Of a stretch of DNA of 64,000 nucleotides, positions 28,039-40,460 are shown piece after piece. The notes under the pieces were generated by a model, which saw only the letters and a program-made list of their open reading frames with translations, ran no database searches and had not been told where the DNA came from. Each line of letters begins with the position of its first letter. The first letter of the stretch is position 1. Both the position numbers and the translations under genes were made by a program. Origin of the DNA: Octopus vulgaris (taxonomy: Eukaryota); contig OX597815.1 of assembly GCA_951406725.2 (NCBI GenBank), positions 89,652,001-89,716,000 of the forward strand, given 5' to 3'.

Positions 28039-28071
28039 TAATAACAACAACAATAATAATAACAACAACAA
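27883..28071. repeat. (AAT)/(AAC)n microsatellite
   Basis: Directly visible. Confidence 0.95.
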
Positions 28072-28464
28072 CGACCAGTTCAGCATGTAACTTAGTGGCT
28101 GACGATATGTGCATCTCTGATCACGAGCAGAATTAGTGGGGGAGCAACATAACCATGTATTGAGAGGGATTCTTTGGGATTTGAATAATTCACCTCTGGA
28201 ACCATCTGTGTTTCGTTCAACATCCTTAAGCAACCCTTATTCAGGGGCATTTTGAGCGGGATGGTCTACTCGACTAGAAGAAAATTGTTACTGGGCCCCA
28301 CTTGCAAGGTCATGCGCTGCTTATCTTGATATGAGATCATCATGTCGCACACATATGGTTGTGATGCATGTGCCTAGTGTATCCTTATGAGACGTGTAGT
28401 CATGATGGGTATACTGGGCTTCGTATATTTTACCCATTGTCATTTTGATGGTTATACACTGCTC

Positions 28465-28465
<1 letters not shown>
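28072..28465 (+). mobile_element. Non-coding repeat family E, 5'-truncated, embedded in (AAT)n
   Basis: Colinear with about 46800-47210. Confidence 0.8.
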
Positions 28466-28519
<54 letters not shown>

Positions 28520-28748
28520 TGATAATGATAATAATGATGATGATGATAATGATAATAATGATGATGATGATGATGATAATAATGATGATGATGATAATGA
28601 TAATAATGATGATGATGATAATAATAATGATGATGATGATAATGATAATAATGATGATGATGATAATAATAATGATGATGATGATAATGATAATAATGAT
28701 GATGATGATGATGATGATAATGATGATGATGATGATGATGATGATGAT
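28466..28748. repeat. (AAT)/(GAT)n microsatellite
   Basis: Directly visible. Confidence 0.95.
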
Positions 28749-28749
28749 T

Positions 28750-30200
28750 AACAACATCACACTAGATCAAGCAAATTTAATAAGAGAACTAAACCAAAAC
28801 CAAACATACAAATACTCAGGAATCAATGAACTAGATACAATACAACACACACAAATAAAAGAGAAGGTAAGAAAGGAATACTATAAGAGAGTTAGATTAA
28901 TACTGAAAACAGAGATCAATGCGAAAAACAAGATATTAGGTATCAACACTCTAGCCGTCCCAGTTGTAAGTTACAGCTACAATATTCTTAACTAGAGTCT
29001 AAATGAATTAATCAAAATAGAGAGGAAAACAAGAAAAAGAATGGCAGGATTTAGGATGCATCACCCAAACTCTGACATAGAAAGGCTATATATGAGGCGT
29101 ATCGAAGGTGGTGGTAAAGGTACTACATAGCTAGAAAACTATTACAATATAACCACCTTAGGATTACAGAAATGCCTACTTCAGAAGGAAGCAAAACTGA
29201 TACGAACATCAATAAAATACGAACAAAACAAAAAACTGTGTTCTATCTTTAAGGAAGCTGACAAATACAAAAACAGAAGTCATTTTACCTAACAACTATG
29301 AAGTACTTGAAGAAACAACAAAGACTATAAAGCAACCGAAATCCAAACTAAAACTGGAGCAGCAACGTATCATGAGAAAACCATGGAAAGAAAAGTTAAG
29401 CTAAATAGAAAAGAAATAGACAAAGTAAAATCCCAATAATGGCTGAGATGCTCAAAGCAGAGGCTGAAAGAGTTTGAATTGCAGCATAAGATCAAAGCCT
29501 TCCCAAAAGAAATCCCCAGAAACACATAATGAAAAGTAATACAAGTAACTGCAGAATATGTGGTGATGGAAAAGAAACAATAAAGCATATTTTCTCTTGT
29601 TGCACACTCCTGCCTGAGAAGGAATGTATTCACAGACACGCAAGAGTTGGGACCTGTATACACTGGAAGCTATGCCAACACTATGGAATAACAACAGAAA
29701 AATGATGGTATAGGCACACAGAGAAAATGAGAAAGCAACCACACTCCGGGGTATGGCAATATTCACAGATAGAGAAATCAAGGATAATATGCCGGGTATA
29801 TTTGTCAGAGATCACCAAGGAAAAATGCTTTCTAATCGATGTATCAATACTAATAGACGACAATGGTTCTCTAAAAGAAACGGAGAAACTTACAAAATAC
29901 AAAGATATGGAAATAAGGTTAACTCGAATGTGGAGTCTGAAAACAGAAACAATTCCTATTATTGTAGGCGCATAAGGTATGATAAAACAGCATTCAGACA
30001 AATACATAACAAAAACACTAGGACTTACAAGTATATAATATACAGAAAATACCACTACTAGGCACCGTACACATCCTACGTAAAACACTTTCAATCTCAG
30101 TGAAAATAAGAGCACCACAACAAACCACAGCACATATCCAAGGCACACAGAGCTGCGCTCAGTAGTGAAGTAAAAGCACGTGATAAAAATAGGACAACTG
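28750..30200 (+). mobile_element. R4/Dong-like RLE retrotransposon, 5'-truncated and decayed
   Basis: YKY.G...KEYYKRVRLILKTEINAKNKI.GINTLAVPV; CRICG..KET.KHIFSCC knuckle; LIDVSI..D...K..KYKD; PIIVGA; 3' end runs into (AAT)n. Confidence 0.85.
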
Positions 30201-30213
30201 AATAATAATAATA

Positions 30214-30272
<59 letters not shown>

Positions 30273-30385
30273 CCTTTTTACTAAAGGAAGAAGGCTTGGA
30301 ATTTGGGGAAGTGTATATATATATATATATATATACTTAATCCAAACAAGAAAGCACGAAAAAACACAACAACGCGAGGACGCGG

Positions 30386-30428
<43 letters not shown>

Positions 30429-30671
30429 TGGGATTCTACCAGGTGGTGCTATTAAGTTAGACATGGCCTGGGCCAATAATGGCCGAAACCTATCAAAGTA
30501 TCAAAGTATCAAAGTATATATATCAAACTAAAGTTATTGAACAAACAAATGCAAGGTCATCCGCATAGCAGTTCATAATTCGAACATTTAATCATAGAAT
30601 ATACATATAAACATCCCACAAGAATATACATATAAACATCCCACATAATTCATCTGTACAAGCATACAAAC

Positions 30672-30704
<33 letters not shown>

Positions 30705-31042
30705 GGTGCGAGAAAAAATTTTTTTCATCACAGTTTAGAGTTAATATTTTAGCGATTCAGAAAAATGCATTTTTAAAAAACATTACAATACCTGGAAAGT
30801 AAAAATATAATATAAAGTAATATATGAAAATATACAGGTATATAAAATATATAATATATATAAATATATATATAGGAGCATATAAAAAATATATAATATA
30901 TATAAATATATATATAGGAGCATATAAAAAATATATAATATATATCATGTAAATAAAATAAAAGTTCATCGTTTAGAAATCTTATGAAATCATTATTCAA
31001 GTAAGAGAAGCCTTATAGTTAAAAGGAAACCATATTTACTTA

Positions 31043-31119
31043 TCCCTATGGCCATTTCAGGGTTGTATTATGTTTAAAGCACTAGGGTGCATCCAGATAA
31101 TACCTCCTTCGTCAGGGGA
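31043..31119 (-). ncRNA. Type I hammerhead ribozyme motif with extended stem II
   Basis: UCCC-CUGACGA-AGG..GUAUUAU..GCAC/GUGC..AUAAUAC..CCU-GAAA-UGGCCA-UA-GGGA. Confidence 0.75.
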
Positions 31120-31223
31120 AAAATATATATACATAAAGATAGACATCATCGCGTACCAGGCCAGCATAATGTTGTTTGCTTTCCTATTGAGGCATTCATG
31201 CTCGGATAGCCCAAAAGAAAGAG

Positions 31224-32845
31224 TTTTCTTTATTACCCACTAGGGGCCACACAGAGGGGCACACTACAAACATTGGGGACATAGAACATCACGATTACAA
31301 CAAATGAAAGATGAATTTTGAAAATGATAATATGAAAGTGATGCTAACGGCCCCATCCGCTAGCATCACTTACCTGTCCTTTAGTCGTTAATCCCACACA
31401 AATGCTCCTTGTTCAGTTCCTATAAAATGTCCTTCCATCTCCATCCTTGTTTCAAACGTCTCTTCCAAATCCCTCATGATTTTTTCGACCATTCTCACTT
31501 CATTTACTTCCCAATCCTCCCTTTCACACATTATCATAAACTCGTCCATTCGTTCTTTTCCAATTACTGCACACCTGATCGGTCCTCTGTCACACCATTG
31601 ATATTCTTCCATTGTCTTTTCAATCTTTTCTTTTCCCGTTATACATACAATGTTTGGCCTGGGTTCATTTTTTGTATCGTGGTTGTGTGTGTCTTTTCTT
31701 TTCTGTTTTCTTGTTGGAGGGGAGCGGGTGGGTTCACTGTCTGCAGGGAGAGGGTGGGAATCAGAGGGTGTGGGTGGTGTTGGGGTGCTTTGGGATTCCA
31801 TACTGTTTGCTTTTCCTTATTCTTCTTTTCCTCTTTCTCCTGGCTTCTTCCCATTATTTTGAATTCTTTTCTTCTTCTGTTATCTCCTCTTCTGTTTTCT
31901 GCTCTTTTTCCGCCTCTCTTTGTTGTTCCGCATCCATATCTTTCTCTGGGGGAGGGCAGTTAGCTCTTATGTGGCCCCTCAGGCCACACTTGTAACAACG
32001 TGGAGCTCTGCCCTCCACCCACACTCTCATGATTACGCCTTCCAATCTGATATTCTCTGCTAGGTCCTCCAGTACATCATCCTCCGTCTGCACATTTAGA
32101 TCCAGTGTCGCGCCTCTCCAGCCCTCGGTCTTTACCGTGGCATGGAGGATGTCCACTTCATCCTCATGACCGCTAATTATAGCTGTCACAATCCACTCAG
32201 CTTCGACGTTTGGGGGCATTCCCTCAACCCTTATTCTGGTAATTTTCCTGTTTAAGTATGAGGGCAAAAGGAATACCCTCTCAGATTTCACTGCTTTCGC
32301 CGCCATACTCCTTGCTGTATTTTCACTCCTGAACTGTACCACCACAGTACCATAGCTTGTACCTCTTGTCAGAAATATTATTTCCTCTTCTGTTCTTCTC
32401 AGAGCCTCCTCTATCCACTCCATATTCACCACTTCGATCTTTCTCTTTCCGTTTACGTAGACCCTGTATGTAATGGTCCTTTTCTCGCACCATTCTCTGT
32501 GCTTTCGTGGTGGTGCCAATTCCACCTCACCTCCGTCCTTCCTGACATACTTCAGGTAACTTGGCAGCTTGGCCAAGTCCAACCCTTTCTCCTCCGATTT
32601 TTTAGCCACTCCAGCATAGGTATTACCTAGTTTCTGGTCCATTCTCCTCACCGCTTCCTCCAATTCTTCCTCAGACGTAGACAAGTCTGATAGGGTTTCG
32701 AATATTCTTGCCGTCTCTCCCATTAGGGAGGGATTGTCCTTGTCTGTCTCAATACAGACAGACAAAAACCAAAAACCGTATAACAAAAACGTTCAACAAC
32801 AATTCAACAATAAATAATCAGCAACTCACAGCAAACACGCAGTAG
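31224..32845 (-). mobile_element. ORF1-only Tx1-like element E3, the best preserved copy
   Basis: 310-aa ORF plus frameshifted C-terminal ORF, directly followed by 3' hairpin 31336-31371 and tail; no ORF2. Confidence 0.85.
31388..32786 (-). pseudogene. Tx1-type ORF1 nucleic-acid-binding protein (RRM-like plus CCHC knuckle), probably one frameshift near 31850
   Basis: RGTSYGTVVVQFRS, LLPSYL, VWVEGRAPRCYKCGLRGHIRANCPP. Confidence 0.8.
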
Positions 32846-32869
32846 AGAAAGAAAAGACGGTAAAAAAAA

Positions 32870-33265
32870 GATGGGTGTATTAAATTAAATTAAGTTCAAT
32901 TAAATTAGATTAAATTTAATTAAATTGAATTAAATTGAGCCTCCGTGGTTTCAAATCCTGTAAAACCTAAATTATTTTATTTTCACAACTTATTTAATTC
33001 CTATAGACTCAAAAAGAATGGGTGTATTAAACTGAATTAAATTGAATTAATTTGAGCCTCCGTGGTTTCAAATCCTGTAAAAGCCAAACCAATTATTTTC
33101 TACAACTTATTTTATTCCTATAGACTCAAAAAGAATGGGTGCATTAAATTAAATTAAGTTCAATTACCTAAAATTGAACTAAATGAAATCAAATTGAGCC
33201 TCCGTGGTTTCAATCCTGTAAAAGCTAAATCAGTTACTTTCTACAACTTATTTTATTCCTGTAGA
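32870..33265. repeat. Three tandem units of about 120-145 bp in the 3' region of the Penelope-like element
   Basis: atgggtg.attaaa...ttgagcctccgtggtttcaa.tcctgtaaaa...caacttattt.attcct.taga, three times. Confidence 0.9.
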
Positions 33266-33269
33266 TTTT

Positions 33270-34786
33270 TAGGAATGTAGAAAAAAATTTATGTATGCAA
33301 AAGGGAATCACGCCCGTAAATTTATTCAGAATGTGCGGTCCATAACACCTAAGGATGGTAAGTGATTCCCTTACGCATAGCCTACACTTGTTGATATTTC
33401 TCTTGAAATTTGGGGTTTTAGAAATGATGGACCATTCTAGATGATAATTCTTCTTATTTTTCTCAGGTTGTGTATATGTGATGCAAGTGTAGTTGAGTTA
33501 CAGTATTTGTCGTTAGCAAAAGAGCTCATATGTGATCTATATCTCGCCTTGAAGTCTATCGTACTACCTATATAAAATTTGGTTAGCTTATCTTCGTCCC
33601 TGACTACACATTTATATATTACGTTGGTAACCAGACAGAAACCATCCAAAGGACATAACTCGGGTTTTCTACAGTTACATGTCTTTCCGGGGCCTTTCCT
33701 AGTTTTATTCCTATTGTTATCTTTACTTATTATATCTCTAGTTCCAGACGGGTTTCCCTCTTCCCTTCCCTCAAATCTTCCCTTATTACATGGGTTCGAT
33801 GTACCCGGTAAAGGCAGACTGCTTATAGCTTTGGTATTAGGCGTTACAGGATTATCAAACACAGTTCCTTGGTCATCCTCAGAGGAACTTTTTCCGTCGT
33901 TCCACCTAGCAAGCTTGCTTCTATTGATTGAAGCAAGGATAGAAGCAAAGTTAGGCATTACAGAGTAAGAGAATTTTATCGTTGACTTGTTGCAGATGCT
34001 ATAGTATTTATGATCCTTTGGGAAGTTCTCCTTCAGAAATCTAAAAAACAGTTTCGGTAAATTCCTTACTCTAAGGGAGAAAGGGGGAGCGAACCAAACA
34101 ACTTCCCTTATTCTAGGCCGTGAACCTCCCGTTTTGTTTAACTCCTTATCAAAATTATTAATTTTCTTATACCTGCACCTACTGCGGGTATCCCTAAACA
34201 TATTATTATTCAAAGGCCTCTTATTATTGCAGTTGGGGGGTTCTCTGTAGTATTTGTAACTTGCTTAATTGGCAAACCAGCCATCTTGTATTTGAGTCTA
34301 GTATTAAAGATATAAAATATTTTAGACTTGAAACCACTTAAACTTATGACATTATTATACAACGATGCATGCTGCTCAAAAATCTTTTCATTCGCAGATA
34401 GATTAGATATTCTAGTTGAAATCGCAGTTATGATGCTATCTATTGTGGATTTCGGATGATTAGATGATACATTGATATATGATATTGATTTATTAGGTTT
34501 ACGAAAGGGGTAATAGAGACCGGTATTAAGACACAAGGTAACGTCCAAAAAGTTTACCACCCTAGAGTTAATGTCGAAGATGATATCAAGATTTTAAAAA
34601 ATCCCGCAAAAAGCTTCTCAACGACCTCTTTAATCTGTTTAATTCCGTCTTAGAGAGGCCCAACACGGCAAAGAGGGCATCAACGCTATATAATCCACCA
34701 GTAAGATTAGGGAAGCTTTTCCTAACTTCCGAGAGTAGATACAGGCCAACTAAGTCAGTCACTTGTGTAGAGTCAGATGACCCCAT

Positions 34787-34790
<4 letters not shown>
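33270..34790 (-). mobile_element. Penelope-like element (RT plus C-terminal GIY-YIG), 5'-truncated at (TA)n; possibly Hydra clade
   Basis: MGS..S..V.DLVGLY, FLDVTL..Y..FRKPN..SNHP, WFAPPFS, CNCRKPELCPLDGFC, VIY..FYIGST..FKARY..H, CRLC..E. Confidence 0.85.
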
Positions 34791-34847
<57 letters not shown>

Positions 34848-35783
34848 CCCAGTGTTCACTGGTAATTCTTACATTGGGAAACAAAAGTTCAAATGTAGAG
34901 CAGGGTTAGAACTATTTAAGTCGATTTCTTTCTTATCCAATCAGGATAGAGGTAACACAAAGTTGACTTCAAAGTACAGTGTCAAAATAAAGAATCGGAG
35001 GTTTTTCTTTCCAACACTACATGTCCATACCAATTCATCATGATATTAATAACATATATTCTTTATTTACTCACATGGTCTCTAATTAGTACAAAGTAAA
35101 TAGTTAATTATATCATCTTCAGTATTTGATTGCTAATTTTTTTCCGCCTTCTCTAACGATATGTGTTAGACCTTTTTTTATTCTCTAGTATTAACGTAAC
35201 TTTTAGCTATAATGTAATATCATTCTATAATATTTTATATATTCTAGTTTCACACTGTCATTCCGCTTCGTAAGTCATGTTACACTCTCAAATGGATGAT
35301 TATTATACTGGAAACGTATTAAATATTTCGCATTTTAACTTAACTCTTATAGAGATAATTATGTCGCTCAATGTTATCTTTAAATGCTGCAATGACATTT
35401 TTAACTGAAGACACGTTGTGTTTTCATGGATAGACACGTTTTATAAAAGATTCACATACACTGTGAAATTTTCCGTAGTATTACTTTCTCTGCAATGTTC
35501 CAATAATGTCATGTTTTATCTTTATAAAAAGTATTATGGTATTATCTTTATAAAAAGTATTTTTCTTATCCACCAAATGGGGGTAACTTTTATACTTTTA
35601 TTCGCATACCTGGCAAACCAAGCTGCCTACCGTGAAATATAAAATAATTTTTCTCAACTTATAGTACTTCGATAATGTGTGTGTGTGTGTTCCTGAAATT
35701 GTTTTTTGTTTTTAATATTTTCTACGAATTCCTTGGTCACTTTCTCCCTACACCTCGATCCTTGGATCTTACAGTTATACACA

Positions 35784-35862
<79 letters not shown>

Positions 35863-35984
35863 GTATGTATGATTTTCACTTATAATATTCTTCATACATA
35901 GTGAATTTTATACTCGTTATGAAGTACATATTACTTACTAAGTATTGACATTTCCCATGTAGCAGGTAATTAGTATATTTTCTG

Positions 35985-37821
35985 CCAACCTATAGAACTG
36001 TAGATCTCTTGGCCCCTTCACCCGGGTTTCCGTTGCAACAATTACATCCAAATTTCTCGACCTGATGTCATTTAGAAAGCGTCCTTGCTTCCAGCTTGAC
36101 AACAGGCTGCGAACATTTATACAACCAACTTGAATAGACATGACTTACCTGTTTAATCAGGATTGACCGGTGGAGGGGGACCCTCCACCTTTTTTTGATC
36201 CAGGGTCGGAGGTGGACGGTCTTGGGAAATAGATTTGTCAAAATTCCGTCTCACCACCGACACAGAATTATCAGGTGGAGGGGGAATCTCCACCTTTTCC
36301 TTTTCTCGCGGGAACGGGGCTGGTAATCCATGAAATATCGACTTGTTAAAATCTAATCTCAATGAAGATACTGTCTTTCTGTATTTGTTTTGTAAAATTC
36401 TATAAGTCTTATTTGAGACTTCATATATGTCGTAATTGATAAATTCCTCTGTAAGGTTATCTATTTTTTTTACAGTCTTTATCAGATGAATCTCTCTCAT
36501 GAGCTCAGTATCTTTAGTGTATACGGCTATTATGCCTTTTTCTTCTTTTTCTCTTCTGGCAGTCTTTTTGGTCGTTGTTCTGTAGTAGTCGCCGCTCTCA
36601 GCTGAGTTGCTGGTTGTATTTTCCTTTTGTTTGTTGTTTTTATCTCAACTGTTTCTTCTTTTTCTTCTTCCTCTTTGTCTTTTTTCTCCTCTTCCTCCTC
36701 TTCTTCATTTTCCTTGGAGTTCCTTCGAATGTGGCCTAATTGACCACATAAAAAACATCGAGGTTTTCGGCCCTCAACAAACACCAAGATGTTCTCCTCC
36801 CCTACCTCAATTTTCTCGGGAATTGCTTGAATTATTTTAGGGTCCGCTTGAATGAGAAGATTAATTGTTTGACCATCCCAGCGTGGGTTTTCCGTAGCGG
36901 TAGCCTGGAGGAGAGTAATTTTTTCTACCTCTTTGATTAGGACTACCGCCAACAACAACATAGGGTCCACTTCAGGGGGGACCCTTGTAATTTTTATTCT
37001 GGACGTTCTCATCCCCATATAATAGGGGATGAGCTCCACGTCGTTCGTTTTTAGCGTTTCTACTGAGTTCTTGTGTGCTATTTCTTTATTGGTAAACCTT
37101 ACTTCCACCGTTCCGAATTTCTTGCCTCTTCTTAGATAAACTACGTCGCCCCATATTGGCTTTAAGCACTTTTCTATTTTCTCTGCTGACATTCTTTCAA
37201 TTTTTCTTTTTTGAAAATTATTGTTTTTGGCTTTTCTTCTTGTAATAACTTTTGCGGAGGTTCAATTTTCACACCGTTGTCAGTCATCATTTGACTGTAT
37301 TTCATAAAGTCGCTTTTATTCGTCGATAGCAGCCGGGTTCCACCCCCAGCAGCCAACGCAAAACTTTTTTTCCGATTTTTTGGTTCTATCTGGATGCTAG
37401 GTACATCAATTATTCTTTTCGACACAATGCCTTTGTTCTCTGGCAAAGTCGGAAACTCTTCTGGTGAAAGTTCTGACCAGCTTTCAGACATGTCTCCAAA
37501 AAAATCAAATATATTATCTATTCTGCTATTCTTTCTTGTAGCGGGGGAAACCCTTATTTCCCTGTCTGTAGTTGGCTCCTCGCCGGACATGTATTTCCTC
37601 CTCTCAACAGGAGAAACAAGTATTTCTGCTACAACGGTAGGCTCCATGCCAGACGACATTCTTCCCCCAAAGGGCGAAATGAACAACGCGTGCTACTACA
37701 AGCACTAAGTGTTTTGAAATGAAAACTCCAACAGTTAAGTTGTTCAACAGTTTAACAAGAAACAACAGTTATTAACAATATTAACACCAAGAAACAGCAA
37801 TTTTTACCACGAACACATGTG
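35985..37821 (-). mobile_element. Tx1/L1-like element E4: ORF1 plus start of ORF2, 3'-truncated
   Basis: ORF1 RGKKFGTVEVRF, VFVEGRKPRCFLCGQLGHIR; ORF2 start MSIQVGCINVRSL...VATETR (APE N-terminus). Confidence 0.85.
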
Positions 37822-37886
37822 CGGCAGACGAAATACGGCTATGCATTTCGCCCGGCATGCAAATGTTTCTGCCAGCTCGCCGCCTT
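37822..37886 (-). mobile_element. SINE A head only, broken after GTATTTCGTCTGCCG by E4
   Basis: Matches the head of 59988-60221; similarity stops abruptly at the E4 5' end. Confidence 0.85.
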
Positions 37887-38594
37887 AAATATATTTCATA
37901 ATATTGTATTAGCATATTTTTACAATATACTTTCTTTTAAATAAAAGTTATTTGCTTTAACAGCTTATCTACTGCTAGATTGGTCGCACTGCGTATCTTT
38001 CAATAGAATCCTAGGGTATTATTTTCAAAGAACTACATTTGCATTAATCCCATTTGTATAATATGTTTAATATGTTGAGACGAATATTTGTTTGTTTTAC
38101 GTATATCAACGTTTGCAGTCATGCTTTTTTATTGTTTGGAGGGATTATTTTCAAACATGTGATAAGTCTTACGTAAATATTCTAATGTATACTTTAAATT
38201 AACTTCCCAACTATGCTGTTTCATAAAATGACGTTGTTTAATTATAACTATATTTGGATGTTACAAGGTGGAAATACACACAAGTGTTTAAGTTACGAAT
38301 TCAGCTACCAGTTCATATGTTACAATAAAAATTACCCCTTCGTAAATAGTATATTTTGTCTTCTTGTCTTAGGAATTAATTTTTAATCATTATAGGAATT
38401 AATTTGGTCATTTTGAAGCTGATGGTGGTATGTTATACATGTCTGTCGGTATTGCAAATGTTCACGATCCACTTTTGCGCATCGAGAATGAAGCCTCCAA
38501 TCGTGGAATTGTATTTGATCGCTCTATTCAAATTTGATGCACATTATTGATATTAACTGGCAACGTCTCTATTTTTAACATCATTATAATTATT

Positions 38595-38805
38595 AGTGGG
38601 CAAAATCGTAAGCATGTCGAGCAAAATGTTTAGCGGCATTTCGTTCGTCTCCACTGTCTGAGGTTTGATTCCGCCAAAGGAGACTTCGCCTTGCATCCTT
38701 TCGGGGGTGAATCAAATAATTACTATTTGAGCACTGATACTGTTTTAATCGGTTTCCCACTGCACAAGAATTGCTGGCATCAAGGCGAAATTTGAAACCA
38801 ATATT
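38595..38805 (+). mobile_element. Diverged SINE A, tail type 2
   Basis: Degenerate head and central domain, ends aaatttgaaaccaatatt. Confidence 0.65.
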
Positions 38806-38815
38806 TTGCTTCGTT

Positions 38816-39047
38816 AAGGCGGCGAGCTGGCAGAATCGTTAGCACAACGGGCGAAATGCTTAGCGGAATTTCGTCTGCCGTTACGTTCTGAGTTCAATTT
38901 GCGCCGAGGTCGACTTTGCCTTTCATCCTTTCGGGGTCGATTGAATAAGTATCAGTCACGCACTGGGGTCGATGTAATCGACTTAACCCTTTGTCTGTCC
39001 TTGTTTATCCCCTCTATGTTTAGCCCCCTGTGGGCAATAAAGAAATA
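38816..39047 (+). mobile_element. Full SINE A, tail type 1, with 16-bp TSD
   Basis: TSD aatattttgcttcgtt (38800-38815) / aatattttgtttcgtt (39048-39063). Confidence 0.9.
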
Positions 39048-39359
39048 AATATTTTGTTTCGTTCTATTTTTCCATATTAGGATTCTAACTAATATTTCAG
39101 CATCCTTCAAGACAATTTTATTGTTTAAAACAAAAAGTACTGTCTAATTATGATACAAATATTATTGTCTTCGGCGTTCGACAATTAGCAGCAGACTCTC
39201 ATAAGTATTAAAGCTTCAAATGAATTAGTTTCTGACATACATTCATGCTCCTTGCGATATGAGTTCAAAAGACGTCGGGCTGACTTTGTTATTCAGCTTC
39301 ACGGAATGAATATATAAGCTACCTCTCAATTGATTAAATCATTACTGCACAGGACTAAA

Positions 39360-40460
39360 TATTAGGTTGTTTCAAATGAAGCGTTGTATTTGAAAGGTAA
39401 CATTAAAACGTTTCAAAAGCGTTAGAGAACTAGTTTATTTTATCAAAGTGTGATCCATGTTCATTTATGACGTTTACCCAACGTTTTATCTATGTCATAT
39501 ATTCCATCTTTAAAAAAATCCTCTTTTACTATGATAAACTGTCCAAATGCTTCAATTACCTCTTCTCAATGTAAGAATGTTTTAGTGCTTATGAAAAGCT
39601 CAAAATGCTTAAATAAGCCATAATCAGTAGGAGAGATATCAGGGGAAAAGAGAGGATGTTGCAAAATCTCATAAATCAGGCTTTGCATCTTTTGGACAGT
39701 AGCTTGAGGAGCGTGAGGATTTGCATTATCGTGGACCAAAATTGGGCCATCTCTATTCACTAGTCTGGGTTGTTCTTTTTCAAATTCTCATGTATACAAT
39801 CAATTTCCTGGCAATGTGATGTTGCTGATACAGTTTTTCCTTGTTGCAAAAATGAATAATGAATAACTCCCTTCGCAGACTACCATACAGGGTACAATGT
39901 TGGTTTTGGATAGCGTTTAGGTGACTCTTCTGCATCTAATGACTGTCCTGTTATCCTGCTGTTGTCAAAGAGTACCCATTTCTCATCACAAGTAATGATT
40001 TGATGCAAACATGGTCTTTTTACAGTCGAAAAAGCAATAAGGAGCACACTTCGAGGCATCTGTTTCTTTTTTAATCTCGTTCAGTTGATGTGGAACAATC
40101 CTATCCGTTTTCTTGACTTTTCCAATTTTTTACTAGATGTCCAAAAACAGTTGTGCAAGATGTTTGGAGTTCTGACGAAAGCTTTCGAACCTTTGTTCTC
40201 GGATTTTGTTCGACCAAAGCTTTTAATCCATCATGCCAAATAACTGATTTTAGCCAACCCCTTGGTTTATTTTCAAGGCTTTCATCTCCTGAACGAGAAC
40301 TTTGGAACCATCTCTGAACAGTTCTGATGTTAACAAAACCATTACCAAAGTCCCGCTTGATATTCCTTAGAGCTTCTGCTGCAGAATGACCCAGTTTGTA
40401 CGCATATAAGAAAACCACTCAACATAGTTTGGTTGTTATCATTTTCATAACGCCTGTGAG
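39360..40460 (-). mobile_element. Mariner (DD34D-type) transposon, decayed transposase
   Basis: HTH region FLYAYKLGHSAAEA...RTVQRWF; CDEKW; HDNANPH; HPLFSPDISPTDY; TATTAGGTTG TIR-like end at 39360. Confidence 0.85.

Noticed and set aside
31854-32786. LTR-retrotransposon gag or domesticated host zinc-knuckle gene
   Set aside because: No LTRs, PBS or protease; homologues E1 and E4 are followed by an APE-type ORF2; several decayed copies occur in the window
32870-33265. Regularly spaced repeats superficially like a CRISPR array
   Set aside because: Whole units are repeated with no unique spacers, there are no cas genes, and the context is eukaryotic
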